NCBI RefSeq assembly: GCF_018350175.1
Contig: NC_058368.1
Coordinates: 49,973,815-50,037,814 of the forward strand
Source: Felis catus
Lineage: Eukaryota
Length of the DNA: 64,000 bases
Direction: 5' to 3'
Shown: positions 12,205 through 26,726 of the stretch, piece after piece
How positions within the stretch are numbered: the first letter of the stretch is position 1
Layout: every line of letters begins with the position of its first letter
Position numbers and translations under genes: made by a program
The notes under the pieces: model-generated
Told to the model about the DNA's origin: nothing
What the model saw: only the letters and a program-made list of their open reading frames with translations
Database searches by the model: none

Positions 12205-13631
12205 TTCAATAACTCTTTTTAGATGATGTTCACAGCTCTTTCCAGACCTGACTCCGCTTTTTCTAATCTTGGATGTATTTTAGACATCACCTGAATGACC
12301 CCCAGTATTTTGGAATACACTTGTCCTTGTTTGAGCTTATTATATTGTATTTTAAACTTTTCTTTCCTTTATTTTTTTCTGTTTCTTGTAATAGTTTCAT
12401 CATACGTTTTCCCCACTGTCACTAATTTAATAGAAATTTGTTTAACTTCTTCCTGGAAGATCAGCTTCTTATGTAGATTGTCAATCCTTAATCTTTATTC
12501 TAATACTCATTCATTTTTACACAGTTCTCCTGGATTACCTTTCCTGAAATGTAACTTGAATTATTTTGGGTACTCGGATTTTTCTGAAGTGTTTTAGTGT
12601 ATAGAAAACAGTGATTTTCAAGGCAAGGTAGAGGTAGAAGTTAGGATTTTCTGAATAGCTTTTTCTAAATTTACTTTCAGAAGAATTAATCCCTTTTGTT
12701 CATTTTGCATCTTTCATAGTTGAGAATCCTTGCTAGAGTGAACCCTATTTTTTTGTGTATTATAGCCCTAAAGTGTATTAGGGTAAAAAAAAAAAAAAAA
12801 AGAAATGTGTTTGAGAACCATTTCCCAGGCATATACAATAAATTTCAGGCTCTTTAGCCTAGCTCTAGTCAAGCTTTTCCTAACTCTTGTCTTTCTAACT
12901 TTTCAACAGTGTTCTCTCGTTAAATATTTCTCTCTTGCTTTCCTTCACTTAACTGTTGCTAGGCTTTACCTCTTGCAGTTTACTTTTCTAAAATTATTCC
13001 TTCTGTTCATCTCTGCTCTTCCTACTTCTACCCATCCTTCAAGATCTGGCTTAAATACTACCTTCTGCATGAAGCAATCCATTCCCTTTATGGACTCTTT
13101 ATATGACTTCTATTATTTGCATTTAGCTATTTTCATATTCTTTTTCATTTATTTAAGATGTATATATTTTCACCTTTTAACAGCTCTGAAATTAGGATGT
13201 ATTTTTGCAGTTAATGTCGTAATTTACTCTTTAGTATCCCCTGATTAGTTGTGTATAAAGTGACATATCTTATAGCCACTGGTCCCTTAGCTTTGACGAA
13301 ATGTGGTGTCATGTCTACCTTACTGTGGCACTTAGACCTAGGATTGGTGTCTGATTCATTTGGACATGCTCCAAAATATCCACACTATTCCTTGCACATG
13401 AGCACAGTACATATTTATTATTTCACCAAAATTCCCTCAGAACTATCCTTAGTGGTGTAAGAACTTAAAAAAAAAAAATTGTTTTTTTCCATAGTCCTCT
13501 AGGTAAACAGGACATACCCATTACCCGTTGTTCTTCAATACCGCACTATTAACATTTTGGGAAGGGTTCAGTTCTTTGTTGTATGGGCTGTTTTGTGCAT
13601 TCCAAAGTGGAATATATATTACTATAGTCCA

Positions 13632-13820
13632 GGGGCACCCAGTTGGCTCAGACGATTAAGTGTCCAACTCTTGATTTCAGCTCAGGCCGTGGTCTCACAG
13701 TCATAGGATTAAGCCCCACATCAGGCTCTGTGCTGAGTGTGGAGCCTGCTTGGAATTCTCTTTCCCCTCTCTCTGCCCTTCCTCAGTTCACGCTCTCTCT
13801 TTCTCTCTCAAAAAAAAAAA
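13632..13820 (+). mobile_element. Felid SINE
   Basis: ggggcacc head, (CT)n, A tail. Confidence 0.92.
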
Positions 13821-13883
13821 TTACTATATTATACTCACTATTTTATTGACTCTCAGTCACTGAGAGAACAAAACTTAATAGCA

Positions 13884-14096
13884 TTTTTTTTTTCCAACGT
13901 TTATTTATTTTTGGGACAGAGAGAGACAGAGCATGAACGGGGGAGGGGCAGAGAGAGAGGGAGACACAGAATCGGAAACAGGCTCCAGGCTCCGAGCCAT
14001 CAGCCCAGAGCCCGACGCGGGGCTCGAACCCACGGACCGCGAGATCGTGACCTGGCTGAAGTCGGACGCTTAACCGACTGCGCCACCCAGGCACCC
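13884..14096 (-). mobile_element. Felid SINE, young subfamily
   Basis: Full-length and CpG-rich; TSD aatagcat. Confidence 0.95.
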
Positions 14097-14295
14097 AATA
14101 GCATATATTTTCAAATCTAGTATGAACCAGCTTAAAACTTTTGCACCAGGTACTGTTTTTGTGATCATCTTATTTCAGGTTCATCTACCATCTATGGGCT
14201 GAAGAGTCTTTGACATATTATTACCTCCATTGCTCTCTATATTCTAAGCACACTGGTTTTTGTCAGTTCCTGGGAAACACCTAAGTCTTTCCAGT

Positions 14296-14520
14296 TTGTT
14301 TTTGTTTGCTTGGGCTGCCATAACAAAATATCACAGACTGGATGACTTAAAGAACAGAAATTTATTTTCTCACAGTTTGGAGGCTAGAAGTCAATATGGT
14401 ACCATCAGGGTTGGTTTCTGGTGAGCCTCTCTTCCTGGCTTGTAGATGGATGCTTTCTCACTGTGTCCTCACATGGCCTTTTCTCTGTGTGCATGTGGAG
14501 AGAGGGAGAGAGAGAGAAAG

Positions 14521-14571
<51 letters not shown>

Positions 14572-14753
14572 TCAATCGATCAATATCTTGTATCTCCTCT
14601 TCTTCTTCTAAAGACACCAGTCCTATCCAAGGTAGAGCATTACCATTATTAACCTTATTTACCTCCTTGAAGACCCTATCTCCAAATATAGTCACATTGG
14701 GGGTTAGGGCTTCAACATTAGAATTTGGGGGGAACACAGTTCAATGTATAACA
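14296..14753 (-). mobile_element. MLT1 (MaLR) solo LTR with internal (AT)n(AG)n microsatellite
   Basis: gggctgccataacaaaata.cacagactg...aatttatttt.tcacagtt.ggaggctagaagtc...atagtcacattgggggttagggcttcaaca. Confidence 0.88.
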
Positions 14754-14769
14754 CCACCTGACTCAGTCC

Positions 14770-15060
14770 TCTCCTGGAAATGTCCCTCCTGTTTGCATGG
14801 ACCTCTCATCCATGGGGTCACTCCTTAAAAGTCATTTTTTCAGAGGTGTTTCTTTTATCACTCTCATATACATCCACCTCTGAATTTTCTGTCACAAAAT
14901 CCTGTTTATTTTCTTCCTGGCACTTTTAAATGATTTATAATAAGGTTTTTTGCTTGTTTGTTTCTTCTGTTTATTTATTAGACTGTAAGTGCCATGAGCT
15001 TTGTCCCATTCACCTTGAATCCCCAAGACAATGCTTGGCATGTGTAGGAATTTATGAGAA
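14770..15060 (+). mobile_element. L2 3' fragment
   Basis: tagactgtaag.gccatgag...ttcacc..gaatcccca...atgcttggcatgtgtagg. Confidence 0.6.
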
Positions 15061-15084
15061 ATTACATATACAAAGGTAAGGAGC

Positions 15085-15262
15085 ACAAGATGTAGGTTTG
15101 TATGCTCCACTACTTAGCAGCTTAGGCAAGATACTTTCCTCAGTGTAAAATGGAGACAGCAGCATCTACCTTATGGGATTGTTGTGAAGATTGATGAGCT
15201 AATCATATAAAGTCCCTGGCATATAATGGACCTTCAATAAATTTTAGGTGGTAATTTTATTT
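15085..15262 (+). mobile_element. MIR
   Basis: gctccactactta...ttcctca.tgtaaaatgg...ctacctt.tgggattgttgtgaagatt core. Confidence 0.75.
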
Positions 15263-18200
15263 TATAAGCATTCAGAAAAATGAATATGAATGGCAGAGGA
15301 TGAGGCTATAAGAAGGTGAGGATGAGGCAGAGGAGGAAGTTAACAAGGTGAAGCCAGACAAGGAGGGGGCCTGGATTTTATAGGCAACAGGAAGCCACCA
15401 AGGATGGTGTGTTTAGTTTAGTTCATGGGTCATCTGTGTGGAAGTTGGATATGGAGCCTCACGCTATGGGGAGATAGCTGAAATCTTTTGTATTTGGGTA
15501 GTAGTTAGAGCCTTGAGAATTCTATAGAGGGGGAGTGGTGGTGGGCCACAATAAATCCCTGGGGCATGTTGGTGTTTACAGAGTGGGTAGAGGGGGAAGA
15601 GAAGCCAGTAATAACAGTGTCATAGCAATGGCAGTTGTCAGGGACATCTTTGTTACTCTGTCAGAACATGTCCATGGGAGTAGAGCAGCCCAGAGCCTTA
15701 GTGCATGCAGAGATTTATAGCCTGAATGAGAAATCAGTAAGTTGAGTCACCCAAATACAGTGGTATTTTCAGAAGACTGGCTTACTTAATAGGTTTCTGT
15801 AGACCAGTTGTCTGTTTACTCATGTCGTTTTCCCATCCCATCATCCCACCATGATCGTCAGGCAGCCTTTGGCTAATCCAGAAATTTGGACAGTAGCCCC
15901 ACTTCACTTAAGTTTCATTAACCCAAACTGAAAATTATTGCTTTCGTTTTTCACTTAAGATAAAAGAACAATGGGATATGAGGAACTTAAATTGTGTGTT
16001 GTTAAAATTGTGAACAAGTGTCAGTGATACAGTCAGTAATGGAAGCAATCTGCCAAGTCCAAGGTGAAGAAAAGAAAAAAAAATCCAGAAAGGTTTAATT
16101 TGCCTTTAAACTCTACTTTTACTTCATTGATGCTTACCTAAAAAGCAGTTTCTCCCAAAATATTTGAAAAATTAAAAAAAAAAAAAAAGCAATTTTAAAA
16201 GTTTGTCTTTTGTCCATGTTAGTCTAGGAGCTAGTCCAGATAGGAGTAGAGCTCTCCTGATGATTTATTGTTTATTTAACTTTTTACAAAATAATACATT
16301 TATCATACTTTTCAGAGCCTTCCATTCAAGTTTATCACAACCGTGAAAAGTAATAGAAATGGCACTACTGTTTTATTTATGGTTTTAAATAAACATGCCA
16401 AAGTGGAAAGTGCTTTTTGACTTACATATATTCACTTCCAATCTTTTTAAAAAATTTTATCTTTAAAATAGTTAAGATCAAAGAATTTTGTGGGAATTTT
16501 TTTCTTTACATTTTATCATGAGCATTTTCTTGTTTCATCAAGACCTCTTCATAAAAAATTCTATGTGGCTATCTACTGTTATGTGAATGAACCATAATTT
16601 ACTTTCCAGGTTTTTTTTTTTAACTTTTGATGTTTGTATTGTTTTCAGTTTTTCAAGTTAAAATGGTAACTTTACTGAATGTCTTTCTTTATCCAAGTAT
16701 TTATTCTACGTTCTCTTTTTAAAGATAGTTTCCTATATGTAGAATTACTGAATCAAAGGGCTGAATATTTCTAAGTTTCTTATTATATAAAATAAAATTG
16801 TCTTTCTTTCATTTGATCAACTAAGTAACCTGTTTGAGTACCTGTAGTACCAGGCACTGGGCTAGGAGATGTACGTACAAAGGTGAATAATATGTAGTTT
16901 GTGTCTTTCAGGATCTCTTACTTCAGTGGAGATAATCTCAAAAGTAACCCTTACCGGTGTTGAATTCTGTTTTTAAATTTTACCATGTGTGATAGAGGGA
17001 ATATGTTTGATTGCTAAAGATAGTTCAGAATTCTTTACTAAAAGTTTATAGAAGGAATTTAAATCATGACATTGAATTATAATTTATTTATAATGAAATA
17101 CGTAATAATGTGTTTTGCTTAGTGTTGTCCATTAAGTGGGAGTTTATTTGTTAGGTAAGCAGTAGATAAATTGTGATTTTAAGTATGTGTTCATATATGT
17201 ATACACAGAGATAAAGTGTGTGTGTGTGTATGCATGCGTGTGTGCGTGTGCATGCATGTATGTGTATCTGGTTGGCTTGGCCCTATCAATGCAGACTGTC
17301 AGTGGAGGAAAACAGTGTCAAGTCTCATTTTAATTCAGTGTATAAATATACTTTGCATGGCTTCATTTTGCTCTTCAATACAGTTTTGAGTGATTTTGAT
17401 TATGTTAGAGTAAATTAAAGTGCTTACATTTATTTCTCTTCTTTAAGGATTTATTTTCTTCTTTCCCATGTTTGAAAGAAGCTAAACCTGTTAGGAAGAA
17501 ACTTACTTCTTATACAACATAAAGTTTAAGTTTCTAATATTCTTAGAAGAATCAGATGGAAACAAATGGAACTCTGATGCAAAGTATGCTTTTTAAACCA
17601 TATGGCCTGCTTTTGTTAGGAAATCTGAAATTGCACTTTCTGACTTTTTTTTTCCATTTACTTTCCATGCCTCATTTTCTTTGTTTCATTCCAGTAAGAC
17701 TTAAGGTAAATCTTTTTTTGGGCAGCTTCATTTAATTTCATTCTTAAAATTGAGAAATTCTCTGGAACTCCTGGTTCTTTATACTTTTGCCTCTGTTTCT
17801 CTTATTTTTCTTTTTTATTGTTGTCATTCCTTCTTAATATTATTACCCAGAGAAAGGCATGTTTTGAAAGTATATGTAAAGTTGAATGGGGGAGCTGAGT
17901 TGGAAGGAGGGAATACAAATTAGAATTAGTCACATTTGGGAAAATGTTATTGGAATGGTTCTTTTTGTTCCTGTATTTTCAAGCACTGACACCATGTCTC
18001 CAAGCATGTAATCAGTTCTTTAATATCACTAGAAAAAAATGTATAGATAGATTAAATTAGTTGTTGAAAGGTAAGAAATGTAAATACTACTCCATCCTGA
18101 TTATACTTTTTTCCCCCTTTCTTAGGTTAAGTGCTTTGTCCTAAAATGGATCAAGATATTCTTATCTTTCTTCTTCGTCATCTTTTTAACTTATTTATTA

Positions 18201-21200
18201 TTTTTTTGGTACGCTGAGGGTTTTGGAAATAGCAATATTAAACTATTACTTATTTTGAAGGAAAATTCTTAGACTGAATTAATGAGTATACTCTTTTAGA
18301 TCTGACTAAATGTAACCCTTCTGTGTAAAAATGTCTTCAGTAATAAACATAGAATCAAGATTAGGTTTGAAGATGGTGAGGTTTTTGTTTGTTTTGTTTA
18401 AAACCATAGCTTTCCAAAATGAAGGGGGTGATGCTAGGATTTAAGATTCTTTCATTTGTAATAAATGAGAACCTGTTCTCACGTTGTTAAAAAAAAAAAA
18501 AATCTGGGAATTAGCTTGACCAGCTTAACAATGGTAAGCTTGAATTTAATGTAACATGTACAGATATGTCATTATATTGATAGAGATTTCTGACATGGAG
18601 AATTGTAAATTGAAGTGAGGAAACACAGTTGTTAAATTAGTAGAGGAAAAGTCTTTCAAGAATGTCTTGAAATCTGTGGGCATCTTGATTTATTAGATGA
18701 ACAAACTGAATACATTTGCCATCGTGCAGATTTTCCATGGAATATGTAGTGATATTTTGTGTATTTTGATATGTAGCCCATGTTTCACTTTGACTTCTTT
18801 GCCAGCTGAACATGGACACTCTGTAGGAAAGTTTGTATCTTTTGCATGAATATGGTTTTACTTTCCTATTTTAAATTTGGACCTTACCTTTAGTGCAATC
18901 CGATATATTGTACTGAGCTTTCCAAAAAAATCTACAGAAATCCATTTAGAATTAATTTATAGTTGTGATTTTAAACTTTTCAAGTTTTACGTATATGGGC
19001 ATATTCCCATGCATGTGCATATACATACTCATACATGAATGCACACACATTTACAATTTAACTTCTTTTCATAGCATTTGGCAGCCCTAGAGAAGTTCCT
19101 CATACTTTTTCTTTCCATGTGCCATTTTAAACTCAGCGATATTGCTGAGGTCTGAAAGGACATATACATTCAGGAAATAACTGTTAAATTTAATTGTGAT
19201 CAAATACATATTTTATCAACAGGTCAATAAAAGGAGTCATGATTTCCAATGATCATATAAAGAAGCTAAAATTATTTTTTAAAGTGGAATTTGAATTTTT
19301 TACAGCATTTTATTCTCATTTCTACCCTGTAGAAGGAAAGGAGATATTATAAAGGAAATGCACATTGTTTTCTACTAGAGGTGCACAAATATCGTAGGTT
19401 CTCAAGCCAGAAAACTCTCACTCTGAGATGACTGGGGATGCTTGGAGACATTAGGCGTCACTTTGGGTGCCACAGTGTCAATTGAGGAAGTTTTCTTTGT
19501 ACTCTTAGTGTCATTTATGGTTGAAAGTAATGGAAATTGAGGTGCTTATTAGCTTCCAAATATTCTCATCTTAATCCTCACTGCTTTTGAAACCATGTTT
19601 GTCATCTTCCTTTAATGATGGTTACATTTACTGAATGCATCTTACATGGTGGGCATTATACTATAGGACAGGTGTCCCCTATTCTAATCTTCTAAATTCC
19701 TTAAGATCTATGTTACCCCATTTTACAGATGGTAAGACTAAGAAGTAACTCATCCAAGGTCACATAGCTAGTAAGTACTGACCATGCTATCAAGGCAGAA
19801 AAACAAAATAACTCAAAATTGCTAAAACAAAAAAAGAAGAAAGGGAGGATTTTTCATTTTAAATTTTTGTTTTTATCCTAAGAGCAAAGTTAAACACAGC
19901 TAATAATTTAATGCAAATATGTAATGCATCACAAGCGACCATTCTTAGTTGTACTGAATACTTTTATTCTTTGTTACCCTTATATCTAAGTTAGCTCTTA
20001 GTAGATTTTTCCTTATATTAAACATAAAATCTTCCCCTTAAACTAACCACAGTCTTTTGGTTATCATATTGTGTATATTTCAGAAAACAGTAATTATTTT
20101 AAGTATCTACCAGCTAATGATCCCTTCGTGTTCAGAAAATTACATGGTTATAATGATATTTTTCTTAATAACAGGATGCCTATTAAAATGAGAAAATGTT
20201 TTGGGTGTAAGCCAAAATCACTTAGTTTATTTTCGCATTTTAGAATAATTCAGATTTAAGCACTTACAACAACCTTCCAAACACTTGATTTCTTAATAGA
20301 CAAGCATTTTTTAGGCAGACCCTTGGCCCCCTTTTTAAAAATGTGTGTATCATTTCTTTTTAGCCTTTACAGTATTTTTAATTCATTGGTTAAACAGTTT
20401 AAAGAGTAATCTTGTCATTTACATACACACAGGGACATGTACATTAATGGAAAGAAGGTTTTAAACAGACACACATCCTTTTTAAACAGGCACACAACCT
20501 CCACCTTTTAATTAAAGGTTTAGATCATTTCTTTGTAGCCTTCATGATATTTCTAATTTTTTTTTTATTGTTATTAAACAGTTTAAAGAGTAGTTGACTC
20601 ATTTTCTCACATACAAAGTGACATGCACATTAACTGTGAAGGAAAAATAATTTGGCTTTGTAGGACCTGGGTATTTTATTTTTGTTTTATTTGTTTATTC
20701 TGAACTAGCTATAAGTGTTTAAAAACAGAAACATTTGAATTGTGTTTGAGGAATACAAATAGAGATAGTAATAGATTTCCCTCTATGAATCAGCTAAATT
20801 AATTGACAGTTGACGGGTGAGTGGCTCTGTATGCAATGAAAACACTGAAATTAGAGTCAGGAGTCATGTGTTCTGCCTCTGGTTTTGACTGTTACTAGTT
20901 GAATGCTTTGGGCAAGTCAGCTAAGTCCTTGTGCTTCTAAATATTAAAAAACAAAAAACCAGCTCCCCCCCCCCCAAAAAAAAAAACCACTGTCCTAATA
21001 AACCCACTCTGTGTTAGTATTTTATTTTATTATTTTTTATTTTTTTGTCTTTTATTTTTGACTCTAACAGGATTTAAGTTAGAATCAGAATGCTTGAAAA
21101 TCTCTGAAAATGAGTATTTATGCCTAAATCTTTCATGCAACAATAATTTATTAAATTCCTAAGGGTTCTTTGTGAAGAGCAAAACATTTAAGCTGCTTTT

Positions 21201-23134
21201 GAAATGCCTGGGGTTCTGAAAAGTCTATTCTAGATTTTCCTGAATATTATGTAATGAAGAGATAGATTTGTTATTACATGTGAAGTGTTCTATATGAAGT
21301 CACCCTATACTGCTGCATTGCCTACACAGCAGAGGGGATGTAGAGTCAATGGTAAAGTCTGGCACATGTTGATATTTTTAATAATTTTAATGAAGTAAGT
21401 AATTTTTTAAGCAATTTTGGATTCTAAAAGACTATAAAATCACCATAAGCAGTCCCAAAAGGGAAGCTCTCATTCACTCCACCAGCCTCACTGATACTTA
21501 TGAGATAGACTAGGGACAAGACTAGAGAGAGCTCTAAGGTGCAAACCTGGGGAAGGGAGCAGTTTCTACTTTGGTTATGGCACCAAGTCTGGATTCTTCT
21601 CTACAGAGCAAAACCTAAAGATGCTAGGACAAAAAAACCTTCTTTGGGGAAGGGAATAGATAAAAACCACCCCTTGGGGGAGGGGCAGAAATCTATGAGA
21701 CAAATCACTGGAGGAGGAAAGCCTGATTCTTGATATTCAGGGACAAACAGCCTACCTATAATGGTAGAGCCAATGGCTAAACCAGAACAATAAAGAATGT
21801 CTCTATCATCTCACCATTAAAGACCAGCATGCACCAATAAATGTCAAAAGTTTGAGAGTGAGCAAGAACAAGGAGAAAAACCTCTGAGCACAGGCTCTGA
21901 GAAAAATCCTCTATCTGTCAGTGGAACAAGAACATTGAAAAAGAAAGCGTCAAACAACCCAGCTGCTACCCTAAGCACAGGGTAATGGTAGATGAATTTT
22001 AAGGTGGTAGGTTGGTAAGGTTAACCATAGCCAAATAAAACCCAAACAGCTCAACTCCTGACTAGATTGATTCAGTTCCACACATTAAGGCCTACCAGAA
22101 GGGACATGCCCATTCTCAGGCATAAGTACTATTTATCTCAGTTTGCTCTTCCACAAGATGTATAGCTTTTAACCAAAAATTATAAGACAAGAAACAAGAA
22201 AAATAACAGTACACTGTTATAAGACAAAGCAGTCAAAAACCAGAGTCAGATATGATTTGGATATTGGAACTGTCAGATGCAGCTTGAAATAACTATAATT
22301 AACATATTAAAGGCTCATGTGAAAAAGGTAGACATGTACTAACAAATAGGGAATATCAGCAGAGAGTTTGAAAGTACAAGAAAGAATCAAATGGAAATGA
22401 TAGTAATGAAAAATATGGTACCAGAGATGAAGAATGCCCTTAATGGGCTCACCAACCAATAGAATTGACAAAATTGAGGAGAGAATCAGTAAATTTGAGG
22501 GCACATCACTAAAAATTGCTCATACTGAACCACAAAAGTAAAATACACTGTGGTAGTGGTTTTAGGGGACCCAGGGCATCTCAGAGTTGTGGAGCAATCT
22601 CAAATGATCTGATACATGACAGTAGAATCCCAGAAGGAAAAGAGAGAGGTGGGGGCTAGATGGAGACATAGACAGTAAAAATATTTCAAGATCTAATGGC
22701 TGTTTTTCAAAGAATAATTAAAGACATCAAAGCACAGCTTCAAGAATCTCAACACTAAATACCTCTATGCTCCCAAAACCAAACACACATAGACACGGAG
22801 ATATATAATATTCAAACTGCAGAATATGAAAGCTCAATAGAAAATGTTCAAGGCAGCCAGAAGAAAAAGACACATTGGATACAGAGGAACAAAGATAAGA
22901 GTTACATCAAGCCTCTCAGATATTATACAAGCCAGAACACCATGGAATGATATTTTTGAAGATGAAAAAATTAAAATGAAACAAAAATATCTTTTAAAAC
23001 TAAAGGACACATAAAGAGATTAAAACAAAAACAGAGAATTCATTAGCAGGTTACCTGCACTACGATTTGGTACTACACAAAGATTTGTGGAGTGCTGAAA
23101 ATGGAACAAGTGAAAGTAAATATAAATACTGTTC

Positions 23135-23349
23135 TTTTTTTTAATGTTTATTATTTATTTTTGAGAGAGAGAGACAGAGTGCAAGCAGGGGAGGGTTAGA
23201 GAGAGAGACAGACACAGAATCCGAAGCAGGATCCAGGCTCTGAGCTGTTAGCACAGAGCCCAATGCGGGCAGGACTCGAATCCACAAACTGTGAGATTAT
23301 TACCTGAGCTGAAGTCAGATGCTCAACTGAGTGAGCCACCAGGCGCCCC
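23135..23349 (-). mobile_element. Felid SINE
   Basis: SINE body; TSD ta.tgttcttttt. Confidence 0.93.
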
Positions 23350-23717
23350 TATTGTTCTTTTTAAAAATTGTTTTAGAAGACAATTGACTATCAAAATAAA
23401 AAATGATAATCATGTATTGTAAATTTATAGCATATATAAAAATAAAATGTGTGACATTAGCACAAAGGATGGAAGAAAGAATTTGGAATACTGCTGTAAG
23501 ATTTTTAGATGACTTACGATGTGGTATAATATTACTTGAAGGTACACTGTGACTAAAGATATGTATTTTAAACCCAAGCACAATTACTGAAAAAGTTAGA
23601 AGTATAAACAATAAGACAATAGTACATATTAAATGGAATCATAGAAATAATTCAAAAAAAAGGCAGACAAGGAACAAAGAACAAATGGAGAAAGTAGAGA
23701 ACTGACAAGATGATAGA

Positions 23718-23946
23718 TTTTATTTTATTTTTTTTTTCAACGTTTATTTTATTTATTTTTGAGACAGAGAGAGACAGAGCATGAACGGGGGAGGGGCAGA
23801 GAGAGAGGGAGACACAGAATCGGAAACAGGCTCCAGGCTCTGAGCCATCAGCCCAGAGCCTGACGCGGGGCTCGAACTCACGGGCCGCGAGATCGTGACC
23901 TGGCTGAAGTCGGACGCTTAACCGACTGCGCCACCCAGGCGCCCCC
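23718..23946 (-). mobile_element. Felid SINE, young subfamily
   Basis: Full-length; TSD aagatgatagatttta. Confidence 0.95.
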
Positions 23947-25599
23947 AAGATGATAGATTTTAATTCAACCATGTTAATAGTTACATGAAATTAATAAAAT
24001 ATAAATGGACTAAATGTGAACAAACAAATTGAAAGAAAGATTATCACATTAGTAAAAAAGCAAAACTCAATTATGTGTATCTACAGGAAAGTCACTTTAA
24101 ATATAAAGACATGGAAATATTAAAATAATTGGGAAAGATACACAATGAAAACATCAAACAAAAGAAAGCTGGGATAACTGTATTGAAATTAGGTGAAGTA
24201 GACTTCAGAACCAGGAATATTACCAATGATAAGGACATTATAAGAATAAAGAGATCAATTCACCATACCTAAAGTTTGTGTATGTAGCTAAAAATAGAAC
24301 CTCTAAACATATGAGATGAACACTGACAAAACTGAAGAGAGTAATAGACAAATCCACAAATACAGTTGGATATTTCAACACTCCTCTCAGTAATCAGTAG
24401 AACAAGTAGACCCAGAAAATTAGTAAGTATATAGAAGACCTTAACAGCATTATTATACAACTTGGCCCTACTAACAGTTGTGGAACATTCCATCCCAAAA
24501 CAGCTGAATATACATTCTTTTCAAGTACACATGGGATGTTCACCAGGACGTACCATATCCTGGACCAGGAAATTAACAATTTTTTAAAACGTTGAAATCA
24601 TACAATGAATGCTTACTAGCCATAATGGAATTAAATTAGAAATCATTAACAGAAAAAATATCTGGAAAGTTACCAAATATTTAGACTTGAAACACTATAC
24701 TTTTAAATAGTTCATGGATCAAAGAGGAAGTCACAAAGGAAATTAGAAAATATTTTGAATAAAAATTTAAAAAATCCAAATTCAAAAGCAGGGATTAGAG
24801 AGAAGTCGCTAACTTTAAATGCTTATAGTAGAAAAGAAAAACAGGAGTTACAGAAAAATCTATAGCATTGAATGCATAAAGTAGAAAAGAAAAAACATGG
24901 ATTCTAGAGAATTGATAGTATTAAATGCTATGATAGAAAAGAAAAGAGGCTTCAAGTCAGTGATTTAAAGTTTTACCTTAAGGTGGTAAAAGGAGCAAAT
25001 TAAACTGAAACCAAGCAGAAGGAAGAAATGATAAAAGCAGAAATCAATGAAATTCATTATTGTATTAAAGGTCCTTGCCAATGCAATAAGGCAAGAAGAA
25101 AGAAAAGGCATATGGATTAGGAAAGAAGAAATAAAAGTGTCTGTATCCATAGTGAGCATGTTTTTTTTATGTAGAAAATTATTTATATAAAAATGTCAAC
25201 TAGCAAAATATGGGCAGTCTAGATGAGATATTATAACAATATAGAATCATGAAGGTGATAACTACACTGCTGTTATGCAAGAGAGTTCTCTTGGTTATAG
25301 GAAATACTGAAGTATTTAGGGGTAAAGGACCAAGTATGTAACTTACCTTAAACCCTCAAATGGTTCAGGAAGAACATTACATAGAGCATAAATGCAGAGG
25401 ACAAAGCAAATGGGGGGTAGGATGTCATAGGCATACATTTCAGTGTTTCCTGTACTTTCTGCTTTTATAACTCTATAAATGTGAATTAAGAGTTTTTAAA
25501 GGGTTTTTTCAAAAATGGCAAAAAAAGAGGGCCATTAAACTTCAAGTCGGAAATTACTTACAGTAAGCAAACATGAGGGATTAGGTAATATCTGCCTGT

Positions 25600-25825
25600 A
25601 GGAAAGAGTATGCTTGCTTACTGCGTGCTATAAAACATGTTTCCCCAAACTGAGTGTTTCTCTCCTGTAACACAGCTCACATGTGTGCAGCCATCCTTCT
25701 GGGCCCTCTGTGTTGCCTTGATGTGAGTGGATGCAAACATATAGATGATCATGCTCCTGGCTGTGCTATAAGTAAAGTCCTGTTTCTCTGACCCAGGAGT
25801 CTCATGTCTTCTCCCAGGATCAACT
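25600..25825 (+). mobile_element. Possible ERVL-type LTR fragment
   Basis: TATA-like ctataaaa and agtaaagtcc...tctgacccaggagtctcatgtcttc 3' LTR pattern; subfamily not assigned. Confidence 0.5.
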
Positions 25826-26035
25826 TTTTCAATTGAAAGGGTGAAATCAAATCTCAGACCTAATGGTCTAGTGCTGTGAACATTTCCTACTTGTCCCTAT
25901 TTCTCTTCTTTTTCTCACACTGAATTCTTTGCCAGGAATCCCTTTCCCATTTCACCTGCCCAAACCTTACACATTCTTTCAATGTACACCCTTCAGTTCT
26001 GCTTCTAGCTTAGTGATCACTCCCTCCCAGATTCT

Positions 26036-26260
26036 TTTTTTTTTTTAATTTTTTTCAACGTTTTTATTTATTTTTGGGACAGAGAGAGACAGAGCATGAA
26101 CGGGGGAGGGGCAGAGAGAGAGGGAGACACAGAATTGGAAACAGGCTCCAGGCTCTGAGCCATCAGCCCAGAGCCCGACGCGGGGCTCGAACCCACGGAC
26201 CGCGAGATCGTGACCTGGCTGAAGTCGGACGCTTAACCGACTGCGCCACCCAGGCGCCCC
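26036..26260 (-). mobile_element. Felid SINE, young subfamily
   Basis: Full-length; long TSD actccctcccagattctt. Confidence 0.95.
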
Positions 26261-26503
26261 GACTCCCTCCCAGATTCTTAGAAGATTTTTGTTTTATTCC
26301 ACTGCTCAGTCATCTTTCCTTCCCTTTCCTTTTTTACTCCATTTTCTTTTCCCTCTTCATCCATTTTTCTTCTCTTCCCCATTCGCTCCTCTCTTTTTCC
26401 TATTGAAATGTAATTGGATTGAATATGACAAACTTCTGATTAGACTATGTGAGAGCAGTTTATTCCTGTATACAGCCAAGTATAGGTTTTTTTAATGTAT
26501 TTC

Positions 26504-26726
26504 TTTTTTTTTAAGTTTTTTTTTTTTAATGTTTTATTTATTTTTGAGAGACAGCGTGAACCGGAGGAGGAGAGGGACAGAGAGAGAGGAAGACACAGAA
26601 TCCAAAGCAGGCACCAGGCTCTGAGCTGTCTGCACAGAGCCCAAGGCAGGGCTCAAACTCACCAGCTGTGAGATCATGACCTGAACCCAAGTCAGACATT
26701 CAACTGACTGAGCCACCCAGGCACCC
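26504..26726 (-). mobile_element. Felid SINE
   Basis: SINE body; TSD atgtatttct. Confidence 0.92.

Larger units (their letters stand above)
21450..25500 (+). mobile_element. Old rearranged L1 (5' region, ORF1, ORF2 endonuclease, RT fragment, 3' end) interrupted by two SINEs
   Basis: ORF1-like text at 22260-23060; endonuclease motifs (aatggactaaat, aatatacattcttttcaagtacacatgg); VLKVLANAIRQEERKG-like RT segment at 25060-25150. Confidence 0.85.

Noticed and set aside
12805..13248. 147-aa hydrophobic ORF in intron 6
   Set aside because: T-rich, decayed repeat-like sequence giving an F/L-rich translation; no splice or homology support.
13737..14120. Recurrent ORFs such as GQRETEHERGRGRERGRHRIGNRLQA or SGHDLAVREFEPRVRLWADG across the window
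   Set aside because: All are translations of felid SINE copies, not genes.
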